From positions 34,832 to 98,831 of the forward strand of contig DAORIS010000002.1 of the NCBI GenBank assembly GCA_035438625.1: DNA of 64,000 nucleotides, given 5' to 3'. Shown in pieces: positions 1 through 8,390 of the stretch. The stretch comes from Minisyncoccota bacterium (lineage in GTDB: Bacteria; Patescibacteriota; Minisyncoccia; Phycocordibacterales; DAORIS01). Made by a program: the position numbers and the translations under genes. Within the stretch, counting starts at the first letter, position 1; each line of letters begins with the position of its first letter. Under the pieces are notes generated by a model, which was not told where the DNA came from, made no database searches, and was given only the letters and a program-made list of their open reading frames with translations.

Positions 1-2
1 CG

Positions 3-986
3 ATCGCTCAAATACAAAAACATGCTGACGTTGAAATAAAGAAAGCATTTTTGGGTATTGGTGGTGTTGGCCTTACATCACTAGTGCACCAAGGAAGCAT
101 TATGATTTCTCGTGCTGACGGTGAAATCACAGACCTTGATGTTGAAAAGGTTCTTAAGGTATGCGAAGAGACCCTTCCCTCTCACCACACGATTAACAAG
201 CGCATCCTCCATACTATTCCCATCTCATACAAAGTAGACGGAAAAGTAATCCTCAGTCGTCCACAAGGATTAAAAGGAGCAAAACTCGAAGCACGTGTAC
301 TCTTTGTATCTTGCGTCGATCAACATTTGAACGATCTCGTTGAAGCATTGAATAACGCCGGACTTGAAGTTGAAGATGTCATGGCGTCCCCACTTGCAGC
401 AAGCTTAGTCACACTTACAAAAGCTCAGAAAATTGCTGGCTGCGTCCTTGCAAATATCGGCGCTGAGACAGCTTCTATTGTTGTCTTTGAAAATAGCGTA
501 CCAATTTCACTTGAAGTGTTTCCAATTGGTGGCATTGATATAACTCACGATATTGCACTTGGCATGCGTATTCCGATTGACGAAGCTGAGAGTATTAAAC
601 GTGGAAAGAAAGAACATAATTTTCCAAAGAAAAAACTCGATGACATCATTGCTGCACGTCTCACAGATATTTTTGAGCTTATCGAAGCGCATTTAAAAAA
701 GATTGGGAAAAGCGGACTTCTTCCCGCTGGAGTAGTTCTCACTGGTGGAAGTTCTGGAGTTACCTCAATTGAAGACATCGCAAGAGCCACCCTTAAACTT
801 CCTGCACGTACTGCAAAGAGTATAAATATCAAAAACGAAAAAACAGTTCAAGATTCATTTTGGTCAGTTGCATATGGCCTTTGTCTCTTTGGAATTAACC
901 ATGAATCAGCTGAATCGCTTGGTATGCGAGTATTTGAACCAATTCGAAAAGGATTCATTGAGTGGATTAGACAATTTTTGCCATAA
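3..986 (+). CDS. ftsA: Cell division protein FtsA, C-terminal portion; the 5' end lies upstream of the window
   Basis: Open frame from the window edge (in frame with the ORF at 51..986). Actin-like ATPase sequence, and ftsZ follows immediately, which is the conserved ftsA-ftsZ order. Confidence 0.8.
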   Translation: MAQIQKHADVEIKKAFLGIGGVGLTSLVHQGSIMISRADGEITDLDVEKVLKVCEETLPSHHTINKRILHTIPISYKVDGKVILSRPQGLKGAKLEARVLFVSCVDQHLNDLVEALNNAGLEVEDVMASPLAASLVTLTKAQKIAGCVLANIGAETASIVVFENSVPISLEVFPIGGIDITHDIALGMRIPIDEAESIKRGKKEHNFPKKKLDDIIAARLTDIFELIEAHLKKIGKSGLLPAGVVLTGGSSGVTSIEDIARATLKLPARTAKSINIKNEKTVQDSFWSVAYGLCLFGINHESAESLGMRVFEPIRKGFIEWIRQFLP

Positions 987-1077
987 AACTTCGAAATAAA
1001 CTAAAAAAAAGTCAATATTGTTGGCTGTCATTTAGCTATCCTCTATGGTATAGTCAACGCATTAATCTAGTCACGAT

Positions 1078-2331
1078 ATGCCACAAGTAAAACCAGAAGT
1101 TGAAGCATTTGCACGAATCAAAGTGCTTGGCGTTGGAGGATCCGGAAAGAACGCCCTTAACCACATGATTAACTCCAAAGTTAAAGGAGTTGATTTCATT
1201 GCAGTTAATACAGACGCTCAAGATCTTCATAATTCTCTTGCTACTAAAAAAATCCATATTGGAAAGAATGTGACAAAGGGTCTTGGTGCTGGAATGAATC
1301 CTGAGGTTGGAAAGCGAGCAGCAGAAGAAACTCAGGAAGAAATTCGTGAAACTATCAAAGGCGCAGACATGGTCTTCGTTGCTGGTGGAGTTGGAGGTGG
1401 AACATTTACTGGTGCTGGTCCAGTAGTTGCACGTCTCGCAAAAGAAATGGGCGCACTCACTATTAGCGTCGTTACAAAACCATTCACATTTGAAGGACAA
1501 CAGCGTATGCGTAACGCTGACCTCGGTCTTGAAGAACTACGGCACGCAGTTGATGCGCTTGTTGTTATTCCTAACGACAAGATTCTCGCCGTCATTGGAA
1601 AAGATACAACTGCCAAGAATGGATTCGCACTTTGTGATGAAGTCCTAAAACAAGCTGTTGAAGGTATTTCAGACTTGATTACAACTCCAGGATTCATTAA
1701 CGTTGACTTCGCTGATATCCGAGCCATACTTGAAAACGCAGGATCAGCACTTATGGGTGTTGGAACAGCAACTGGTGAAAAGCGTGCTGAAGAAGCTGCA
1801 CGAGCGGCAATCAACTCTCCTCTTATCGACCTTTCTATCCACGGAGCAAAGGGCGTACTCTTCTCTATCGCTGGCGGTGATGACCTTACTATGTTTGAGA
1901 TCCAAGATGCTGCCAAGGTAATCACTGAATCAGTTGATCCAAATGCCAAGGTGATCTTCGGAACTGTATTTGATACAAAACTCAAGAAAAACGAAATCAA
2001 GGTTACTGTTATTGCATCAGGATTTCCTGATTCAACACCACGAAAGACACTCTTCTCTAGCGCAACAAACGCAGCAATAAATACAAACGCTGGAATGCCT
2101 GCTCCCGATGATTCTGATGACCGAAACAAAGGCCGTATCTTTAATTCAATTTTCAACAATCAATCACCTTCACAAGCTAGCAACGCTGCATCACAACCAT
2201 TTCCTTCAGCTTCTTCTCGCATTGAAAAGCCTGTAGAAAAAATCGAAGAGAAAAAGCCTCGTATTGAAGATGACGAGGATGATGACTGGGGCGCAATTCC
2301 TGCTTTCCTTCGCCGTTCGAAAGTTAAATAA
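1078..2331 (+). CDS. ftsZ: Cell division GTPase FtsZ
   Basis: Tubulin signature GGGTGTG appears as VAGGVGGGTFTGAG, and an N-terminal VLGVGGSGKNALNHM box is present. Acidic disordered C-terminal tail. Confidence 0.95.
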   Translation: MPQVKPEVEAFARIKVLGVGGSGKNALNHMINSKVKGVDFIAVNTDAQDLHNSLATKKIHIGKNVTKGLGAGMNPEVGKRAAEETQEEIRETIKGADMVFVAGGVGGGTFTGAGPVVARLAKEMGALTISVVTKPFTFEGQQRMRNADLGLEELRHAVDALVVIPNDKILAVIGKDTTAKNGFALCDEVLKQAVEGISDLITTPGFINVDFADIRAILENAGSALMGVGTATGEKRAEEAARAAINSPLIDLSIHGAKGVLFSIAGGDDLTMFEIQDAAKVITESVDPNAKVIFGTVFDTKLKKNEIKVTVIASGFPDSTPRKTLFSSATNAAINTNAGMPAPDDSDDRNKGRIFNSIFNNQSPSQASNAASQPFPSASSRIEKPVEKIEEKKPRIEDDEDDDWGAIPAFLRRSKVK

Positions 2332-2346
2332 TATTAAATTCTTTTC

Positions 2347-3330
2347 ATGACGCTTGATCTAGTGATCATTGGTGGTGGACCTGCTGGCGTAGGTGCGGCA
2401 GTTTATGCTGCTCGAAAACGATTACGCACTGCACTTGTAACTCCACATTTTGAGGGTCAGAGCACAGTCTCAGAGAAAATTGAAAACTGGATTGGTACTC
2501 CAGAAATATCAGGAGCAGAACTTTCAAAACAACTCCAAGCGCATGCAAAAGCGTACGAGGGTGAGTGGCTTGAGATTATTGAGAAAGACAAAGCAACATA
2601 TGTCACCCGTAAACGCGGGGCTTTTGTCGTAACTACACAAGAAGGAAAAACTCTTGAGACTCACGCGGTACTCATTGTTACTGGTAGCTCACGAAGAAAA
2701 ATTACCGTTCCAGGCTCAGACCGTTTTGAAAACAAAGGAATCGTATATTGCGCATCATGTGACGGACCACTATTTGCTGGAATGGATCTGATGGTAATTG
2801 GTGGAGGTAACGCAGCATTCGAAACAGCAATGCAGCTTCTTTCATATGCAACAACAGTAACTATCGTGCACCGTAGTGAAACATTTAGGGCTGATGCAAT
2901 TACAGTTGAAAAGGTACTGTCGCACCCAAATATTCGAATCATTAAGAACGCAGAAATTGTTGAAGTAAAAGGAACATCATTTGTAGAAAGCGCTATCGTC
3001 AAAGACGTAAAGACTGATATTAAAAAAGAAATACCTGTTAAAGGAGTGTTTGTAGAGATTGGATCAGTACCGAACACAGATCTTGCAGCTGACATTGTAA
3101 AGCGCGATGAGTATAACCGCATAACTATTAACGCGCGCAACCAACGCACATCAAGAGCTGGTATCTGGGCTGCCGGTGACTGTACTGACGCACTATTTCA
3201 ACAAAACAACATTGCAGTAGGTGATGCAATCAAAGCAGTGGAAGACATTTTCATGTGGGTCAAACACCACGAACACCACAAGAATTCACCTGAGAGTACT
3301 CACTCGGAATCAACAGAAGAAACACAGTAA
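2347..3330 (+). CDS. trxB: Thioredoxin-disulfide reductase (FAD/NAD(P)-binding)
   Basis: N-terminal GGGPAG FAD motif, redox-active CASCDG (CxxC) and a second GGGNAA NADPH motif, at about 327 aa. Confidence 0.85.
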   Translation: MTLDLVIIGGGPAGVGAAVYAARKRLRTALVTPHFEGQSTVSEKIENWIGTPEISGAELSKQLQAHAKAYEGEWLEIIEKDKATYVTRKRGAFVVTTQEGKTLETHAVLIVTGSSRRKITVPGSDRFENKGIVYCASCDGPLFAGMDLMVIGGGNAAFETAMQLLSYATTVTIVHRSETFRADAITVEKVLSHPNIRIIKNAEIVEVKGTSFVESAIVKDVKTDIKKEIPVKGVFVEIGSVPNTDLAADIVKRDEYNRITINARNQRTSRAGIWAAGDCTDALFQQNNIAVGDAIKAVEDIFMWVKHHEHHKNSPESTHSESTEETQ

Positions 3331-3333
3331 ACA

Positions 3334-3364
3334 AAAACACCTCCAATTGGAGGTGTTTTTGTTT
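3334..3364. terminator. Bidirectional rho-independent terminator between trxB (+) and the convergent membrane protein gene (-)
   Basis: Perfect hairpin AAAACACCTCC-aatt-GGAGGTGTTTT, flanked by an A-run on one side and a T-run on the other. Confidence 0.75.
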
Positions 3365-3376
3365 ACGAGAAACGTA

Positions 3377-4060
3377 TTAGTTTTCTTCTCGAAGACCATG
3401 GAGGAATCGTGCTGCTTCTTCCTTACCACCTAGACCAAATGCAAGGGCCAGTGCAAGCACTATACCTGCTGTAAGGATCTGGATAAGCTCAGGAGCAATA
3501 CCAAGTTGCAAGAGTGCTGCCATCACTGAGAAGGCAATGATTGCATACTTTGCAATTGAAGCTAAACGCTTACGATTCTTTGTGTTGACCTGTGACGCCT
3601 GGAGAGAACTTTCAACAATCCTCGAAGCGAAACTAGATGCAACAAGTCCGATTGTCAGTATAACTACCGCTACGAATACTTGAGGGATGTAGAACAATAT
3701 CCTGCTCAAGAAGGCTGTAATCTGTGGCAGATTCAAGATATCTGATGCTGCCATGAGCGTTGCAATAATAATGAGCCACTTTGCGATTTCACCTAATGCC
3801 CCTGAAAGGAGTACATACTTTGATCCCGCGTGTAACTTTTCATTAATACCAGAGCGACCAATGAGGTCGTCTACTTTTGTCGCCTTAACAATTTTCCGCA
3901 CAATACTTCCGATGAGAGACGCGATCAGGACGCCAAGTATGACGACAATGATTGCTCCCACCACCTGTGGGACATATACGATGAACTGGTACGCAACCTC
4001 TTGGACAGAGGTAAGCATAACATCACCGATATTTCTGAAATAACCGATTGTTGGATTCAT
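3377..4060 (-). CDS. Small membrane protein with conserved TM-helix repeats (MscS-N-terminal-like)
   Basis: 227 aa with repeated hydrophobic helices separated by short charged loops. No catalytic motif recognised. Confidence 0.5.
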   Translation of the reverse strand: MNPTIGYFRNIGDVMLTSVQEVAYQFIVYVPQVVGAIIVVILGVLIASLIGSIVRKIVKATKVDDLIGRSGINEKLHAGSKYVLLSGALGEIAKWLIIIATLMAASDILNLPQITAFLSRILFYIPQVFVAVVILTIGLVASSFASRIVESSLQASQVNTKNRKRLASIAKYAIIAFSVMAALLQLGIAPELIQILTAGIVLALALAFGLGGKEEAARFLHGLREEN

Positions 4061-4171
4061 ATGCCGTTATTTATTTTATAAAGGCTCAATGTTTGATGCG
4101 ATACTATACTGTACTCCCGTAGTAATTATACTCCTGGAAAAAGATAGGCAAGCAAGGTAAAATGCATAATA

Positions 4172-4609
4172 ATGAAAAACAATACACCTAAGATAGTTGG
4201 AATTGTTGTTGCTATTGCAGTTGTTATTGCATCAGCCGCAGCGTGGGCAGTTGGAAGAAATGATGAAATGGGCCCGGTCAATGAGTCTCAGCCAGTAGCA
4301 GATAAGCGAAAATACGAAGATGGTACATACGGAGCTACAGGACAGTACGTCTCTCCTGCTGGAGCCGAAGAAGTTGGGGTAACAGTTACCCTCACAAACG
4401 ATGTCATTACAGACGTGAAGTTTGAAGGAAAAGCTGAAAACCCAGGAAGTGTGACAATGCAAGGAAAGTTTGCAGAAGGATTCTCGTCACTCGTTGTTGG
4501 TAAGTCAATCGACGAAGTATCTCTTAGTGTTGTAAATGGTTCATCTCTCACACCAAAGGGCTTCATGGATGCGCTTGATAAGATCAAGGCAGAAGCAATT
4601 CGAGCCTAA
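4172..4609 (+). CDS. Exported or membrane-anchored FMN-binding-domain protein (FMN_bind-like)
   Basis: N-terminal signal/TM segment. Downstream EDGTYGATGQY...VTVTLTNDVITDVKF...PG resembles the FMN_bind domain of NqrC/RnfG/PplA-type flavoproteins. It is convergent with apbE. Confidence 0.6.
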   Translation: MKNNTPKIVGIVVAIAVVIASAAAWAVGRNDEMGPVNESQPVADKRKYEDGTYGATGQYVSPAGAEEVGVTVTLTNDVITDVKFEGKAENPGSVTMQGKFAEGFSSLVVGKSIDEVSLSVVNGSSLTPKGFMDALDKIKAEAIRA

Positions 4610-4619
4610 TACACTCTCT

Positions 4620-5534
4620 CTACGCAGTGAAAATTTCTCCGGTAAATCCCGGAGATTTTTTTACTTGTCCTTTTGAATTGACTATGCAACATTCAAAGGG
4701 ATCATTTGGTAATGCTAGTGCTAACTCTTCAGGAGAAACGAAAAACAAGCATGTTGCCAAACCATCAGCTAATCGTGCTGTTTGAGCAACCGTCCAGACA
4801 GCAGCGATTTCACTTGGTGACGTTAGGGTATGTGGATCAACGACATGATGAACTCCTTTCCAGGCTCTTCTGTTAATTGCTGAAGCACACACCGATCCTT
4901 GGGTAATTTCAATGACTCCAATAACTTGTGTTGGGTCAGTTGGGTGTTCCATGCCACAGCGAAGTAGATGACCGTCACCTTCATAATATATATCCCCACT
5001 TCCATTCACCAAGAAGCGTTTAATACCCCTTTCTTTAAGAAACAGTGAGATCTGATCGACGAAATATCCCTTGCCTAAAGCCCCAAAATCGAACAAGGAA
5101 GGCTGTACTATCTCTATGTGGGTAGAATCAACCATACGCACTGACTCAGTTAAATCAGGCACTATTCGGATCTCATCTTTCCTTTCAAGGGAGTAGTCAG
5201 CATCGTACCCAAAATCGCTGATTGCATACCCAACTAGTGGGTTAATTTTTCTACCACTTGGTTCGTACAATTTTTTATACACCTCGAGCATTTCCATAAA
5301 TTCTCTTTCAACTTCAAAAATACCGATCTTTCCGGCGATCTCCCACACAAATGAATCCTTCTTAAAACGAGAATATGTCTGATCAAACGTATTTGATCGA
5401 AGAACAATTTCATCTTTGAGTTCTGTCACCGCTGACTCAGAAATTTCATCCCAAATGGAAATCTCCCAGCTTGTTCCCATCGACTGGTATGAAAATATGT
5501 GTGGAGTATTTGGATTTTTTACAGGTTCGATCAT
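4620..5534 (-). CDS. apbE: FAD:protein FMN transferase (ApbE family)
   Basis: Length and internal motifs (GALGKGY, DPHT...SP) are typical of ApbE flavin transferases. Confidence 0.8.
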   Translation of the reverse strand: MIEPVKNPNTPHIFSYQSMGTSWEISIWDEISESAVTELKDEIVLRSNTFDQTYSRFKKDSFVWEIAGKIGIFEVEREFMEMLEVYKKLYEPSGRKINPLVGYAISDFGYDADYSLERKDEIRIVPDLTESVRMVDSTHIEIVQPSLFDFGALGKGYFVDQISLFLKERGIKRFLVNGSGDIYYEGDGHLLRCGMEHPTDPTQVIGVIEITQGSVCASAINRRAWKGVHHVVDPHTLTSPSEIAAVWTVAQTARLADGLATCLFFVSPEELALALPNDPFECCIVNSKGQVKKSPGFTGEIFTA

Positions 5535-7075
5535 GCAAATCCCGGGAAGTAATCAGTCTTAATATTCTTGCGCGGTACACCCATTCCACGAAGTAGCTTT
5601 TTATACGATGTGACCATTGCATCAGGTCCCGAGAGATAAAATACCCGCTCTGCATAATCCGGTACTTTATTCTTAATCATGTCAGGAGTAATAAACTCAA
5701 CCTCAACTGGAAATCCTCCAGGCACTCCCTCCTTCTCATTTACTAAATAAACCGATCGGAGATTTATTCTTTGTGCAGCTTCGGTAAGTAGATCTTTGTA
5801 TGCAATTTCTGCATATGTTTTGTTGCTGTAAAAGAGAACGACATCTCGTTTCTCATCTGTATCGAGTATGTATTTGATCATACTTCGAAAAGGAGTGATG
5901 CCAATTCCTCCTGCAATAAATACTAATTTTTTATTTGCATCTTTTGGGAGAATAAAGTCTCCTGCCAACTGCCCTGCAAGTATTGTCTTTCCTTCTTCTA
6001 AAGCTCTGAGATTTTGCTTAAACGAACTTGATTGCGGTGCAAACTTTACACCGAGTTTAATATCGCCCTCTGTTGGTGATGATGCGATTGTAAAGTATCT
6101 GCGCATTCCTCGCATATCAGTTCCTTCGTGAGGAAGTGTCCACTCTAAATATTGACCTGCTTTGTAGCTAATTGGTCCACTGATACTCGCGAAAGAAAAC
6201 TGTCGGGTATCTTTTGCAATCTCTTTTGCATTGTTGAGTGTGAGTATTAGTCGACGCTTGAGGTTAAAGAAGTATGAAAATACATTTCCTACAAGTAATG
6301 CAAACTCTGGCGTTCCGTAAATTGTAAATAGCCCTAGGTTAAGTGCCAGTGGCCAGCTACTTAACGCACCCACAAGAGCACCGTATGCAATTCGCTGATT
6401 TCTCTGTGGAGGAGTTGTAAATGGCTCAGTAAGCATAATTGTAGCCATGAAGATTAATGGCCACGAAGCATACAATTGTGACAAGTAATCAGGTACAGAA
6501 AAATTAATTGTTATCGCGTATATAGAAGCCACCCCAACTGATGCGAGAATACATGAGAGTACCAATGAAAATCGTCGTATCTTTCGGACCACAAGAAATC
6601 CAACTACGATTGCAACTGGAAGTAGGTATATGCTTCCAACCCACCATGTTGCTGCAGCAAACGGTGTAAACCCGAGTACAAAAGCTGCAAACGCTGCGGG
6701 GTTAAAAATATGTCTCTTTTTCCAGGCAAACACATACTTCGAAGCCATTGCGATAACCCCAGCAAGAACAAGTGCAATTGCGTCTCTACCAGACGACATT
6801 GGAGAGATAATCAGAAACAAAATTCCACCAGTAATGAACGCAGACTCACTATTCATAACAGCACCCACGATTTTCGAGAACAAGAAATTCGCCACACAAC
6901 ACGTAACAATCACAATTGTTGCTGAAAGTACCAATGTTGGTCCGCTATACGAAAGCACCCCGAAAAAACCAAGGAGAATTGCAATTGCTGCGATTGCAAA
7001 AACTGCGTACATCGTTAAGCGATACATCGCAATACCGTTTAAAAATCGATCAATATAGAATAGTGGTGATTTCAT
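5531..7075 (-). CDS. Polytopic membrane protein fused to a ferredoxin-NADP-reductase-like FAD/NAD(P)-binding domain
   Basis: About 300 aa with eight or more TM helices, then RRYFTIASSP (RxYS FAD motif) and GGIGITPF (NAD(P) motif). No 2Fe-2S cysteine cluster and few histidines in the TM helices, so probably not haem-based. Confidence 0.65.
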   Translation of the reverse strand: MKSPLFYIDRFLNGIAMYRLTMYAVFAIAAIAILLGFFGVLSYSGPTLVLSATIVIVTCCVANFLFSKIVGAVMNSESAFITGGILFLIISPMSSGRDAIALVLAGVIAMASKYVFAWKKRHIFNPAAFAAFVLGFTPFAAATWWVGSIYLLPVAIVVGFLVVRKIRRFSLVLSCILASVGVASIYAITINFSVPDYLSQLYASWPLIFMATIMLTEPFTTPPQRNQRIAYGALVGALSSWPLALNLGLFTIYGTPEFALLVGNVFSYFFNLKRRLILTLNNAKEIAKDTRQFSFASISGPISYKAGQYLEWTLPHEGTDMRGMRRYFTIASSPTEGDIKLGVKFAPQSSSFKQNLRALEEGKTILAGQLAGDFILPKDANKKLVFIAGGIGITPFRSMIKYILDTDEKRDVVLFYSNKTYAEIAYKDLLTEAAQRINLRSVYLVNEKEGVPGGFPVEVEFITPDMIKNKVPDYAERVFYLSGPDAMVTSYKKLLRGMGVPRKNIKTDYFPGFA

Positions 7076-7080
7076 AAAAA

Positions 7081-7671
7081 TTACTTAGGGAAATATTTCA
7101 ATGGATCTTTTTCAATAATAACAATTATTTGCTCAAATAAATCCATCACTTCACTACCTTCTTGTATCTTATTCCGCTTGTTTTCAAGCAAGTCTTTGAA
7201 TGCCACACCCACTGCTTTCCATGTTCTCCCTTCCATAATGAAATTGGTTAGTACTGGAGCTAATTTATCTAAGGAGTGCACAAATATACTTTCAGGATCC
7301 TGTTGTAACTCGTACTTTGTAATTGTTGGGTGCAAACTTACAAACTCTGGGAATTCTCTTTCAATCTGTAATTGTGCCTCTTTTTCTCTTACTGCTTTTG
7401 TTTCTTTTGCTTTTTCATCAAGAAAATATGTGTCTCCGGCATAAATTTCCACCAAATCATGCGTGAGACAGTATTCAAATACCTTTTGCTTATCCAGTTT
7501 CAAATCCAAACTATCAATCAGGTACCACGCGAGCATTGCAAGAGAATAGCTATGCTCAGCATCATTCTCATTTCTTTCTACATTTGGTACGTGCATGATG
7601 CGCTCAACCAACTGAAACGCATGCAAAAACTTCATGAATTTAACTGTTTGATCCAGTTGTGGCTTTTTCAT
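7081..7671 (-). CDS. HD-domain phosphohydrolase (YfbR-like 5'-deoxynucleotidase family)
   Basis: H...HD...H...D metal-binding pattern (AEHSYSLAM...THDLVE). Start placed at MKKPQL so that the CDS does not overlap tRNA-Ser. Confidence 0.65.
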   Translation of the reverse strand: MKKPQLDQTVKFMKFLHAFQLVERIMHVPNVERNENDAEHSYSLAMLAWYLIDSLDLKLDKQKVFEYCLTHDLVEIYAGDTYFLDEKAKETKAVREKEAQLQIEREFPEFVSLHPTITKYELQQDPESIFVHSLDKLAPVLTNFIMEGRTWKAVGVAFKDLLENKRNKIQEGSEVMDLFEQIIVIIEKDPLKYFPK

Positions 7672-7673
7672 TG

Positions 7674-7760
7674 CGGAAGAGGTGGGATTTGAACCCACGA
7701 GGAGCTTTCACCCCTGCCGATGTTCGAGATCGGTGCTTTCAACCACTCAGCCACTCTTCC
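7674..7760 (-). tRNA. tRNA-Ser (anticodon CGA)
   Basis: Cloverleaf folded by eye on the minus strand: GGAAGAG acceptor, long variable arm, anticodon loop CUCGAAC, T-arm GGTTCAAATCC. Confidence 0.8.
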
Positions 7761-7800
7761 TATAACTATTGCATCCTAGCATTTCAGCAAGGTATGACAA

Positions 7801-7830
7801 AAGATAAAGCCCGTCACATGACGGGCTTTA
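7801..7830 (-). terminator. Rho-independent terminator downstream of the small basic protein gene
   Basis: AAAGCCCGTCA-catg-TGACGGGCTTT hairpin followed on the minus strand by a T-rich run. Confidence 0.6.
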
Positions 7831-7843
7831 TGGTGTACGTAAA

Positions 7844-7993
7844 CTAATGGACACCTACAGGCTTGGGAACATAGCGCTTTCGACGACGCTTTGCCCCAGG
7901 CAGTGCAGTATCGTTCCTTTCACGTGTCCAACTTGTGGGATTTTGGAACAAGGGCAAGGTTTTATCCTTACCTTTTTTAGATCTCTTCGCCAT
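7844..7993 (-). CDS. Small, highly basic 49-aa protein of unknown function (MAKRSKKGKDKTLPLFQNPTSWTRERNDTALPGAKRRRKRYVPKPVGVH)
   Basis: Not in the ORF track because it is under 60 aa. ATG preceded by AAGGAAGG (a good SD, unusual in this window) and followed by an intrinsic terminator. I could not match it to any ribosomal protein family by eye. Confidence 0.35.
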   Translation of the reverse strand: MAKRSKKGKDKTLPLFQNPTSWTRERNDTALPGAKRRRKRYVPKPVGVH

Positions 7994-8135
7994 AATCCTT
8001 CCTTTACCTCAGTTGAGGTTGTTATGAAGTAGATGTAACCTTCCGAATAATAGTGTCCCACTATATTACGAATATGTCAAATCTATATTCAACCCTTTGA
8101 TTCTAGCCTTGGATTATTGTATAGTGTTCCCTGCT

Positions 8136-8207
8136 GGCCTCATCGTCTAACGGTTAGGACATGGGCTTTTCAAGCCCAGAATCGGGGTTCGATTCCCCGT
8201 GAGGTCA
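8136..8207 (+). tRNA. tRNA-Glu (anticodon UUC)
   Basis: GGCCTCATCGTCTAACGGTTAGGAC...anticodon loop CTTTTCAAG...GGTTCGATTCC...TGAGGTCA. Close to the canonical bacterial tRNA-Glu. Confidence 0.85.
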
Positions 8208-8216
8208 CAAAAAGAA

Positions 8217-8246
8217 TTGACAGTTATACGTGGGGCGTTATGCTTT
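8217..8246 (+). promoter_or_regulatory. Sigma-70-like promoter (TTGACA-16-TATGCT) driving the short structured transcript upstream of msrA
   Basis: Exact -35 hexamer with 16-nt spacing to a near-consensus -10. Confidence 0.5.
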
Positions 8247-8250
8247 TACA

Positions 8251-8371
8251 TAGAAGCCCGCAGGTGTCGATCCATATACTATTTACCGTCCGAAGTAGTG
8301 GAAGAAGGCAGATCGACAGTGCGGAATAGGTCCTGTCCTTCATTTTTATGGGGAGACAGGACCTTTTTTAT
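8251..8371 (+). ncRNA. Candidate small structured RNA or msrAB leader: long imperfect hairpin plus an intrinsic terminator (possibly SRP-RNA-like)
   Basis: CCGCAGGUGUCGAUC pairs with GAUCGACAGUGCGG over 13 bp around an apical region containing UUUACC...GUCCG...GGAAG...AAGGCAGAU, which is reminiscent of SRP RNA domain IV. It is followed by GGTCCTGTC...GACAGGACC plus a T-run at 8329-8371. No ORF. Confidence 0.3.
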
Positions 8372-8390
8372 TAACCTCTAATATCAATAC

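Noticed and set aside
1332-2159. 275-aa antisense ORF inside ftsZ, and similar long antisense ORFs inside trxB, lepA, murJ, secA, the tail-fibre gene and others
   Set aside because: These are shadow ORFs opposite genes that have strong motif support. None has an independent domain signature or expression signal.
8117-8381. Plus-strand ORFs 8117..8329 and 8199..8381
   Set aside because: They are translated across tRNA-Glu and the promoter/terminator-bounded non-coding transcript, so they are not protein-coding.
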